The notes under the pieces are model-generated. The model did no database searches, was not told the origin of the DNA, and was given only the letters and a program-made list of their open reading frames with translations. Positions 34,875 to 46,758 of a DNA stretch of 64,000 nucleotides are shown in pieces. Source of the DNA: Zygnema circumcarinatum SAG 698-1b (taxonomy: Eukaryota; Plantae; Zygnematophyceae). The position numbers and the translations under genes were made by a program. The stretch spans positions 3,100,001 through 3,164,000 of the forward strand of contig CM074808.1 of the NCBI GenBank assembly GCA_037447605.1, read 5' to 3'. The stretch's first letter is position 1. Each line of letters starts with the position of its first letter.

Positions 34875-37800
34875 ATGGCGGGGAGGGAGGGCAGCAGGAG
34901 CAGGAGGAAGCGGAGGCGGGGAGAGCAGGGAAGAGAAGAAGAAGGAGAAGAGAATGGAGAGGACGAGAATGCGTTCTTGGCTTTACGCGGTAGTAATGTG
35001 CAGACCAATGCGGTGGCTGCATATGGCCCTCCTGCAATGCAGCAGCGATTGCAAGGTAGGTTGTGTGTAGGAAAGGAGGCAGGAGAGGATGATTTGGATT
35101 TCTTGGGGGAGTGTAGAATTACATGTGCAGCTTGTCAGGGTGAAAGATTTTAGGGTTGGTTTCAGTCTTTAGGTTTGTGGAGTTTATAAGTAGGGGGACA
35201 GGGGGAAAGCGGGGGGGTGGTTGTATAGAATGCTTAGGAATTTTACAGGAGCTAGGGCGCGTGGTTTATATTTCCATTTCATCAGTTGTTCAAACAATGT
35301 ATTCAATAAATCGTTACTTGTGAGCCTTGAGTTTGAGTAAATAACTGTTTGTCTTCTTTCTGAATCAATTGCCGTAAGGCACTCATCGAGTGCACCAGCC
35401 AAGAATAATTGAAAGACTTCGCTGAGTAGAATGTTAGCTGGAATAGTCAATATCACAGTGTTCGTCGCACAAGATACATCATCTGTTATCATCGGAGTAG
35501 GAATTTCAGTTGCAGACCATTGGGCGTTCAAATTCGACACATTGATAAGCACAACTTTCCTCCACACGCCGCTCATTGTTAGACCCGATGCAATCCATCC
35601 TTTCTCTCCTCGCCTTGAATGACGAGCTCCTTTTTTGTGGTCGAACGTAAGTTGGTGGATCGCGTTTACCTGTCTTTAAATGTATCATTAGAAAGGTTCT
35701 TCTCTAAAGATGTGGTTTTTTCGCTTGCCTTTTAGCTTCACCTTTAATTGACACTCTGCCAAGACTCTGTAGAAGTAATCAATCATTGATTTGCATGCAA
35801 CATACTCTATTAATCCACATGGGCGAGTATGTGGTTCCTATATGCACTAAAACGTATGTCATCCGATGGCTGGGCCTTGACCAGGCGACAGCACTTGGCA
35901 AGAGGCTGCGCGAATACGGTCGCTTCATGGTATTCGAGTGGAAGGCCAAAATATTCTTCCGCCCATCACTTCTTTCAGTGCATGTGTCCGCGATGACTTC
36001 GTTTTGGCTCAGTTGGAGAGGCAAGGCTGCAAAGTACGTTCCGGTTGGCGAATACGGTCAACTGTCCAAATTCGTTTCAATATCTTACAACGCTTGCAGC
36101 ATGACAGCTATATTATCAATCAGCGACCTGATATTGAAGTTTGCATTCTATTTGGAAAGATGGTCATAACTGCAAGAAGAGCTTAGCATGCCTGATAAGG
36201 TGTTTGGCAAGAGGCAGATATCATTATATGGCTTTCGCCAACGGTATTTCCACCTCCTCCACGCCTTAAAACGTGTGGTCTAGTGATTACAGAAGAAGAT
36301 CTCTGTTTTTACCTGTAGTCAAGGTTGGTATACTTAAATAACAATGGCCAAGTACAGTTATAAAATTCATCCTTCACTTTTTGTGGACTGGTACAGGAGC
36401 CCACACCTGTGCAGATGCAGGTGTTGCCATGTGTCATGCACGGCCGGGACATGATGATTCAAGCAGAGACAGGTGCAAAGGAAGCGAACCTTGTTTTTTA
36501 AAGTGTTTTTTAACTTTGAGAGGACCTAGAGTTTATTCTTTTTTACCTTATGCATATAACAAGTGCAGAAAGCGTGAAATTTATCCGTCAGCAGAAGATG
36601 ATGTCAGCAATCTTAATCCGGTCACCATGTCATTGATATTTTTTATGTGTTTTTACCTCTAGAGACCTTCGCAACATTTTAACTTCGTTTTTTAAATTAA
36701 TCGTTTTTTTTTTTATGCAGGCAGTGGGAAAACACTGGCTTATCTACTTCCCTTGCTGAGTCTGCTGGAATCGCGCAGCTCTAATCAGGCAGGTGACTGC
36801 TGGTCCATCAACTCGAAAATGTGACTTCATAATCTATAAGGGGCATGTGCTTTCCATTGTCCTTCTCTTTCTTTGACTTAATCTACAGCCTTCAAGATGT
36901 ATTCTTGACCTCCAAAATCAGATCAGGTCTCAAACAGATCAGACATTTCGACTGCATCCGGCTTACACGATGTATGGGTATCCTCTCCTGTTGTGCAGGA
37001 GGGGGGCCCTTAGCCCTAATTGTGGTCCCAACCCGTGAACTAGTGGAGCAAGTCTACTCCCAGCTCACCCTCCTAATGCCAAATGGCAATTCCTCTGCAT
37101 CAGACAATCCTCCTCCTTATGCTTCTCCTACAGTTGCTGACGTGGCCGCCAACTCGGCACCCTCTACTCCCTTCCGACCTGCTGTTTCCGGAGGTTCTGT
37201 GCAGCAGACAGTATCGCAAAATCTGATACCCAATTCTGCTTATATTCCGTCTCAATCACATATGTCGCAACCATGTTTTCAGTTCAATCAAAGTCCGTCT
37301 CCGCACCACTATTTGGGACAAAGTGCTCCTCTTCCTAGTCACGGCTACACCAGTCACCAATATGGCCCATTTTCACAACCCTTCACTGATCAAAGCTTAA
37401 CTAACTACCCTTCAAACTTCAACCAGAACTCGATCTGGGCTTCCCAAAACGTTTCCATCTCCCATACTCACGGCATGCCTTATCAGCAATATCCATTTCC
37501 CCCTTCTCTCTCCTCACCTTATCCTGGCCACCCTTACGTATATGAAACCCATTCTCAAACTAACGTAGTTCCGCCACAGTTTTCGCCTGCAGCACCCCCT
37601 CCTTCAAACCCTAACAGCACATTCTGCCCTCAATCTCTTACCTTAGAGCATGACATAGAAGAGAGTGCTGCTCCGCCATCCTTACTCGACTGCAGAAAAC
37701 GACACAAAGTACTGGGAGCTGTGGGTGGTGTCCCTATCGGGGGACAAGTAAGGGCTTTGAAGGCTGGTGTGGACGTTGTGGTGGCGACACCCGGCCGCCT

Positions 37801-39061
37801 GCTTGACCTCTTGGAAAGAGGAGTGCTGTCATTGGGCCACGTGGCATATCTTGTACTTGATGAGGCTGACCGGATGCTGGGAGAAGGAATGGACGAGCAG
37901 CTGCGTCAGGTGGGACTTTCTGGGCTCCAATTGATTTTAGCGCATTTAAATTTGGACGTTTTTTTACCTTTTTCTTGGCAATTAAGTGGAGAATGTAGTC
38001 TTTGTAGAGGAAAGAAAGGGTGAGCTTGAGCCTCTGTTTGGTTTTTTATAACTTGTTTACTGTCCCTTTTTTTTTGTCCCGTTCTTGTGATTTAGATTCT
38101 CAGCCGTGTGCCAGAGCAGAAGCGACAAACAGTCCTTGTGAGTGCGACAATGCCCTTTGGACTGCAGCGGCTTGCCATGTCAGCATTGGCGGACCCTGTC
38201 AGCGTGACAGCTGGCGAGGTTGGCAGTCTGACAGACTCTGTGCACCACGAGGTCATCTTCCTGCACACCTTTATGAAGAAAGAGAAGCTGCTTCAGGTGA
38301 TACCATGGTGCTGGAATCTCTTGTAACAAATATCGGAATATATCGTAGAGGGATTCGAGTGCAATTTAATCGGGGTTTGGGTCCTTTGAAGAACCTTAAT
38401 GAACGAACTGTTTTTGGACCTCCTTTTTGCATGCGCAGATTTTAAGGAAGACGGAACGTCCTCCTGTGATCATCTTCTGCAACTCGGTGAGAGCAGTTGA
38501 CAGCTTAGTGCAGGTGTTGAGGAACGAGCAGTTCCACGTGGCAGGCCTGCACAGTGCCAAGTGTCAACCTTTCCGATTCCGCTGCATGCATGCCATGCGC
38601 GAAGGAAAGCTTGATGTGCTCGTGGCGACAGATGTCGCCTCCAGAGGCATCGACCTGACAGATGTCACACGTGTGGTGAACTATGAGCTGCCCGACTCCA
38701 TTGAAGACTATATCCACAGATGCGGTCGAACCGGTCAGCAGCTTTTCTTCATACTATGTGACTCCTCGCTTTGAAGGTAGTCCTAGGCTTTGAATCACGT
38801 CCCAAATGTCCATTTCGTTTTGAATCTGATTAAGCCGTTTGCACGCGGCTATATCTGGCAGGTCGTATTGGGAAGAAGGGAGTTGCCACTTCCTTCTTAA
38901 CACTTGAGTGCACGATCGCAAAGGAGCTCCGGCAGCTTCTTCAACAGAGCTGCCAAGAAGTTCCCTCCGAGCTTCACAACCTGCGTCAGTTTGGAGGAAG
39001 GGTGATAAAGACGGACCTCGGGGACATGTCTCTGAGCAGCGGGAAGTTCTCAACGGACTAA
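34875..39061 (+). CDS. DEAD-box RNA helicase with a large low-complexity insertion in RecA domain 1
   Basis: Exons 34875-35055, 35885-36033, 36397-36472, 36721-36792, 36999-37909, 38096-38296, 38439-38733, 38862-39061, all in phase. Motifs: Q (EPTPVQ), I (AETGSGKT), Ia (PTREL), GG, Ib (TPGRL), II (DEAD), III (SAT), V (TDVASRGID), VI (HRCGRTGR). Confidence 0.93.
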
Positions 39062-40459
39062 AAGAGTTTCTGTCGTTTTTTAGCAGGTGCTCTTCGTGAT
39101 ATGAGACGTTTTTTTAGGGTTTGGTCATGTAGGAGGTCTGCATGAATTTTGACAGGTTATGTAGGCCCCGACTCGGATTTTTTGTAAAAAAATATTAAAT
39201 TTGTCAATCGCATGCGGGGTGACAAGACGGAGAGAGAGGGAAGTGAGGACGAACCACAGCCAGTGAAATTCTGCCACAAGGACGCAAACACGGCAATGTG
39301 CCCTTCAAGCTTTTCTCAACAAACAACCCCAAAATGCAGAAAACTTGATTTTGTTCTGCCGAACTCTCGGACAGTCTCTGCCTTTCTCTTTCTGCCGGCC
39401 GAAACTGTCAAGATTGTCGGCACCAAAAAGTTCATCCAAACGTGACGTAACATGTACAGGTTCTGCATCGTGGCAGCCTTTCTCTTAGAAAATTAGTTGT
39501 TTACTCGACATCGTTTCTACCACGTGCTGTCTGCAGCCACTGCAAGCCGTCCTCTTAGTTTCTGCCAATGCCATGCCATGTCAGCAGCCGCCGGTCCGAT
39601 GGCAGTTCGCCACAGCATGGGAATGGCCCCTCGGTCCTTAGGACTGACAGCACAGAGGGCACCGCCGGACATGCTGAGCTCTGAACATGAGCACTTTCAA
39701 TTGGTTTTGTGATGACGTTATTTGCGTTCAAGGATTCGTTAACAGTCTTAGAAAAAGTACCGAAGCCACGAAGGAGTACCATGGTATCATGCAGATGCGC
39801 TCAGACGAGTTCCATCAAAGGAAACTCAGTGAGTTAACTTAGAACTTCGAGTTCACGTAGTTTTCGAAAGCTATTATGTACAAAATTACTCTATGTTATG
39901 TTACGATATACGTAAGAGAATGGGAATTGGCGATACACCGTATGTATAATAAAAATTCTACGTGTTTTACAGCGGGCTTACTTGTCGCGCCGTTTGTACT
40001 GAGGCCACACCCTTCTAGAGCTACACTATGTGCAAGCTGCGCTGCCGTTCAGTCCATTTTATGATTTCTTCAACCCAAAGGAAACATGAGATTACTAAAA
40101 TGAGCGATCTCCTTTGAAGACTGCCAAGCCCCACTGCGCGTGCGAGCATATAAACCGTCTCATCAGTGTCTGCCAGTTTCAGTTACGTTCCCGGTTGCGT
40201 GGCGAGCGAAGCAGTTCTGTTCCTCGACTTGGCGCGCTTCAGCCACGTCCCCCAGCTCGCCTTCGCCCTCGCCCGCCGCTTCTCCGCCTGCACTCCGCCC
40301 ACAGGAGGGGTCCATCTCTTATATAAATGCAGCGGAGGGCGGAGGGTAAGGCAAGGCAAGGCAAGGCCTGAATGCGGAGCAAGCTCCAACAAGAGGAGGG
40401 GATCGTATCCAATTCTGAGAGGCCTTTTATTAAAGTAATGTTGTCGAGCCTCCAAGAGA

Positions 40460-41846
40460 TCATGAACAATGTCCTCCGTTGTTACGCAAACGTTGATCGT
40501 GTGAGAGAGAGCGAGAGAGAGAGAGAGAGAGAGATTGGGAGAGAGACTGCGAGGATCCCGAAGGCAAGAGAGAGAAGGAGAACGGCGGACAAGGAAAGTG
40601 GCAGAGGCGCAGAGAGGGAACGAGAGGAGGGGGGGGGTGGGGGGGAGGGAGCGAGGGCGAGAGTAGGAACCTTAAAAGTGGGGCGAGTGCGAGGGAGAGT
40701 AACGCTGACCTTAGGCTTAGCGGGAGCGTAGAGAGTAGCGGTGCTCTTGGGCGTGTCCTTAAACTCCACATTGTGCCCATATGCCGGAAACGCGGCGGAG
40801 TGACTGCCCCCCCCCCTCCTCTTTGCCCGAAGCTCCTCGAACACCTTCTCATAGTCAGGAGTGCTCATCGCCCGCACCACACTACCGCTCACAAGGGTCT
40901 CCGTCTCCTCTCCCTCTCCTCCTCCTCCTCTCTCCCGCCTCCCTCCCGACAGCGATCTCCTCCTCGACAGGGAGCCGGTCCTGCCCTTCTTCGTCTTCTT
41001 CCTCCCTCCCGCACTCCCCGACTGCTTGCTCGCCCGCACGTACCTGCTCCAGTTCGTCCACAAACTTCGCAACGGGTTTCCCTTTCTCTTCACCTGAAAA
41101 GAGGCCCCAAAAAAAAGGAAAAGAAAAAAAACTATGGAACAGTCTCAGTAAAAAAACATTTACATCCATAGATTGATAGTAGAAACGCCTTGAAACTTAG
41201 AATTTCTGCGGCATGGAACCTGACCAGAAGAACCTCGGGAGGGGCTGCTTTAAGCGCTGCATCCATGGCGGCGCCCTCCTTCCAAGCGCGGTACTCGGGG
41301 ATGTGTACGGCCCCCCTCCTCTCCCTCTCCAGTCGCCTCTGCGCGGCAGCCATGGCGAACAGCGAGTCGAAGGATCGCCCTTCCTCCCTCTCCTCACCGC
41401 CCTCCTCCTGCCACGTGGCGCCGCCACGCTGCTGCAGCGGCCTCCTCACGTGCGGGGAGCTCCGTTGTTCCAGCTGCAAGCACGCCATTGGCCGACCAGG
41501 GATCAGCAGAACATACTCACTGGCAGAATCTATCTTAATTTTAACATTATTCATCTCCCTCTCCAAACCTCTCCATCTCTCTCTCTCTCTGTTTCTGATA
41601 TACACAGTCGTCTCTCTCACACGCGTCTATCTCTGACATATCCTCTTCTCCCTCCCCCTCATCTCCCTCAACCTCTTTCTTACTCTTCCTCCACCCTCCC
41701 CTCTCTTTGTCTCCTGTCCCTCTTCTGATCCAGTACCGGCCCCTCCCCGCCCCCTCCCCCTAAGCTGCCGCGAAGCTTACTGCAGTGGGGATGTCCTGCT
41801 GTTCGTACGAGGGCTGATTATTCCCAGGGTAATCCATGGATTCCAT
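40460..41846 (-). CDS. Hypothetical protein (multi-exon, low complexity)
   Basis: Putative exons: MESMDYPGNNQPSYEQQDIPTA|gtaagc, a middle exon ending PPEVLL|gtcagg, and ttttcag|VKRKGNPLRSLWTNWSRY...PDYEKVFEELRAKR...PAKPK|gtcagc. The 3' end is uncertain and no family was recognised. Confidence 0.4.
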
Positions 41847-44800
41847 TCTCCCGCCTCCCCCAGCGCCTTCAATCTTCAAAAATGTCGCGAAAAAATTACC
41901 CGCAACCTCCCTCTGCATGCTCATATCCCCGGCCCTCTCCCTCAAGCTTCTTTCCCCTTGAGAGAGAGAGAGAGAGCGCGATGGGGAGGGAGATAAAGGA
42001 TAGAGGGAGGGCGAGGAGAGGGATTAGTGAGGGAGGGAGAGGAGGGAGAGTGGAAGAGGAGGGAGGCAGGGAGAGGAGAGCGGAGGCGAACAGCCTGCGG
42101 CCTGACGGCAACCTCTCGTGGTTTCACTGCTGCTCATATTTCAGTTATTTCTGAAATCCGAAATTCGCAGCCCCGCTAGGGCTGACCGCCTCCTTGATTA
42201 GACATAAATGTAACATTATTTCATGTCCTGTACCTTTCGTGTTGTACAAAAAAAGTACGGCTGCGCCTTTGCGATTGGAGAATGACGGTCTGCCCGTAAT
42301 TAAGGGGCACATTAAAAAACATTTTATCGAAACAGCATTTCTCCCAAGCTCTCAGGTGAGGCGTGTTTGTTATATTTGTTTGTCACGTGGCCCACTTCGC
42401 TGCATTTCCACGTCAGCAATGGTGGAATTTTGGGACCCTTACATCACAATTCGTACACACAGCTGGATCACCCTCTCAACCTTCGCCACGTGTCCTTCTC
42501 TTGTTGCTCCGTGCACCGATCGGCTGTCGCATCTTTTAGATCGTGCCACGTGGCAATCCCTTAAAAAGGACAAAAACAATATCTGTCTGGTGGGCGGATT
42601 CCAAACGATTACAATGTCGGTGAGAAAATGTGTCCGCGCCTCACCGACTGCCACGTGGCAGACCCGCTGCCGCCCGGCCCTCTGCTGTTGGTCAGATTTC
42701 TGTCGGCGCCTGGGAAGGCGAGAAAGTCAACGCGGCGAGGGTCGTGGCTTACCGTGGTTCCTGTTTGTCGTTGTTGGTCATGGCCATGTCACGTGCTGCG
42801 GACGGCATGGTCATGGCGAGATGATTTGGCCATTTGGGCCATGCATGCATGCCTCCATGAGTCCACGACCCATTCACGGCCATGGCCATGGCCATGAGCC
42901 TCCATCCTCGGCGCGGCGGTGGATGACAAAATTGAGCGAGGCAACCCATGATCTCCCTTTCGTTTCCTGCGGGAGGGTCTCAAGCCCACGAGTCGGGATG
43001 AAGGCATGCAGCACCTTTGTGCTCATCGCGTGAGACAGGAGCAGGCCCGCCACTCGCCCGGCTTGACAGGGAGACCGCCCTCCTGCAGCCACCCTCCTGA
43101 AGGTGGGCCATGGCCCATGACGGGGCTGAAGTCATCATTAAGGGACCGCCTGCGCGAAGTGCCATACCCAGCATCCTTCGCTTCATTAGCGGCCATAGTT
43201 TATAGTTTCGCGAGCACATGCAGTATGGCACTGGCAGCTGAAGTCTGCATGGATTCCCCATCGCACGGTGGGGCTCATACATGGATTATCTGAACATAAA
43301 ACTGCTCCGCGTAAAGCACGGAGACGCCCCACAAGAGCATAGCACATTCATGCAGTTCACAGTCATGCAAAAAGGCCGTTGGGATGATTTGGCATCATCA
43401 AAGCCGTGTTGTGCTCGACCACGCATGCATCACGCATCACATCCATCACACTAACGACAAAAGAATGGCGTCAGCTTTCCCATCATCTCTTACATCGTAT
43501 CATTTGTGAGCGCACAGCAAGGCGCAGTGCGAGTTTACATGTACGGACATCGCATGGCCAGCCCCAGCGGCAGAAGCAAGCCCTGCCTGCGCCCACATCT
43601 CATAGCGAAAAAATGCCATGTGCTGCTACCACTGAAGCGGGCCCCAGTGCCTCATATTTCTATGGAGGAGCTGCAGCCATGCAGCAGCCTTCAACTCCTC
43701 TATTTTCCTCGCTGCGCAGTCCTATAAGCTCACCCGCCTGCTCGACCACTGCGGGCGGTTCCATTTCGCCAAACACCTATTCTAGCTTAATCGCAACTCT
43801 TTTGATTTTTTTTTTTCTTTTCTTGGGAGGAGGATTTCTACTTAAGCTGCAGTTACTGTACACAGCCGGTCCATCGCACAGAGCCAACCCCGCCAGCCAT
43901 CGCTGCCATGATGTCAATCACTTCTTCTCCTCACGCCGCCTCGTCAAATAATTCGAGCACTTTCCCCCCGCCTGCTCCACAGTCTCCCATTACAGGGACC
44001 CAGTCGGCGGCGCAGACCGACACTCGCCATGGCCATGGCCGGGGCCCCGCACCCTCCTCACGGCGCCATGGCCTTCGCCCTCCTTCTCATGGCCGCCATG
44101 GCCATGGCGGCGCTTCTGCTTACTTCCTCCCTTGCCCTCCACGTGGCCCTTACGCCGCGTCTCCTTCTTCTCCCGCATGCACACCGGGCCGCCATGGCGC
44201 CATGGCCTCCGCGCTGCCACGGCCGCCTGCCCATGCCTGCCTCCATGGCCATGACCATGCCTCCCGCCATGGCCATGGATCCCGCCATGGCCATGGCCAT
44301 GCCTCCCCCGCATGCCCCCGTGGCCCCCGCGCTGTCCCTCCAACCCATGGCCACGGCTGTGGCTGACATGGCGCCCTCCAAGGCCCTCCACGTGTTCACC
44401 GTGCGGCGCTGCAGGTGCGGCGACGGTCGCCATTTTCGCTGGAAACATTTTGACGCGTTTGAGAATTCTGTTAATTCCTCTCTTCCGAATGGCGTGCTCG
44501 GCGATCTCTCTAGGCGATCGGATGGTTGAAAGTTGCAGCTGAGACCTTGCGCCTCTAGAATCCGCAGACACGATATTGAGAATTGCCGAACAGCATCCTT
44601 ATTTTTATAGGCTTGCGAAACGAACCGTGTTGAAGACGGAAAATAACGCGTGACCGTGTTCGTCACGGAAATCCCCTTAAGAAATAACGCGTTCGCGAAG
44701 GTTCGGCGTAAGGCGCCACCTGGCAGGTCGTGTGCCGTTGATTCGCCAAGACATGATGTGGCGTGACGAGGACGGCGACGTTACCATCTTTTACAGCTCA

Positions 44801-45460
44801 CGGTGCCACGTGGGCCTCTCCATGCAGCTGTTGCACAGTAACTGTTAATTGGTACAAGGAATTGGTAACCGGCTAATTTGGCACATGGAACGGTCATCTT
44901 TCTGAGCCCCTGGAACGCTACTTCCCGGTGCTGTGCCTGTGCCGAACCATTTTGAGAGAAATTGTGAAATTCTGCATGCAGTTGCATTGCGGGTCGGACA
45001 CTGTTTTAATCCTGCACGGAGAGAATCTGCTTGGATCCACCGAGCCTGATTACAACAGCTCGTTCTCGTTGCAGTTCCTGAACCTCACACAATAACTTAA
45101 AAAAAATAAAAACAACGCCTGCCAATAACCGTGGCAACAGCAGTGCAGCAAAGGAAGGAACGAAGGACTCCGATTCATTTTTCTTTTTTTCCCAGGGCGC
45201 TCGAGTACAAAACCAAAAATCGCACAGATTTAGGCTCGCCTGTCTGAGTACATCTGAGCTCTTGAGCACTACCTTCAACCTTCACTTTCCTTCCACTGCC
45301 TACGTCTCCTCGGGGAAGGGATCCCTTGCAGGAGCACCTGCATCTCTGAATTTGCCACGTGTAGCTTGACGCGGCTCAGATTAGGAACCCCACAGTACCG
45401 TGAGGGAGCCTACGGGGGGAACGAGGCCCGGACCACAATAGTGCGGTGAGGTGGCGGCTC

Positions 45461-46712
45461 CTATTGAAGGCTTCCCCAGTCCCCCACTTTGGCGGTTTCT
45501 ACCTCGTTTTCCTCCTCAAAGGCGCGTATCCTGTACCCGCGGATCATGCGCTCCACATACTTCCCCACAATGTCCACCTCTGCAACATCCCGAAGGAGCC
45601 CTCAATAGTGAGTCTCGCTGCATTTTAGGGCTTCCAGCCGCCCAGCCTTAGCTTACAGAATGAATATTCACGGATTACGGGTTACATAGAGATATATTAA
45701 GGTATATATTAGGGCAGTGTCTGGTCTTGAAAGAGTTAATCATGGCTTGTAGAATGCTTGCAACGCAGACCAATAGCAGCAGCAGTGGGAGCTGACATGA
45801 ATAGAGGACAATGATCGTGCAATTAAAGATCAGAACAACATAGGCTTGAAAACACAATGCATAGAGAAGAGGTCGTCCGAGAGAATGTCCCCTAGCGATT
45901 CCTGATTCTGTGGAAGAGGGAATAGGCATACCAAGATTGACTTTATCGCCAATTTTCTTTTGGGGCAGCACAATTTTACTCTGAGTGTATGCCACCAGCA
46001 TGAACGTGAAGCTAGTTCTCTGCAAATAGGAGGAAACGAGGTGCATAAAGGAGAACAAAGGCGTGAGATGACTCTGACGGTCGAGAGAAAATATGGAAAG
46101 CAGGGGCAGTAAGCGTAGCAGTGGAGGCAAAACAAAAGTTGAAATAGTGGCTGCCAGAGACTTAGAAAGCCATAAATTGGAGCGACAAAATTGTGGCATG
46201 CAATATCCTGCACTTTCAGCTCACACAATTCAAATTCCACGACCCCCGGAACCCGAAACCCGAACAAATAGCCACAAACTTCGGAGGAAGCTCCGGAGGT
46301 TAGCCTCCAGTTACTCCTGATTGAATTGGCAACTAAGGGAATTCTTCCTAATGCATGCAGCAGAGACTGAGCTGAGACTGATTGACTGCACGCATCTCTC
46401 AAAATGCCGATGCATAGGGGTCCCACAATGCATAAATCACAAGAAGGAGAGGAAGAGTGGAAATTGGCACCTCATCAAAAACATCGACGACCGTCAAGCT
46501 CGTGCCATCCACAGCAATATAGCCCTGCTACCCACGCGCCTTGCAGGCTGAGAGTTTTTATACAACAAAAATGAGTGGAGAACAAAAGCGATAAACTATG
46601 CTCAACAGGCAAAATGCATGAACCAAAACAATTGCCTAGGTATAGCCACTACAAATTAGTGAACGGGTAAAGCTCATGAAGTAACAAAAATTCCAACATT
46701 CAAAGACGTGTC

Positions 46713-46758
<46 letters not shown>

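Noticed and set aside
40700-40860. PDYEKVFEELRAKR...FPAYG resemblance to RIN4/NOI motifs
   Set aside because: The motif order is reversed and the PxFGxW core is missing, so the gene is left as hypothetical.
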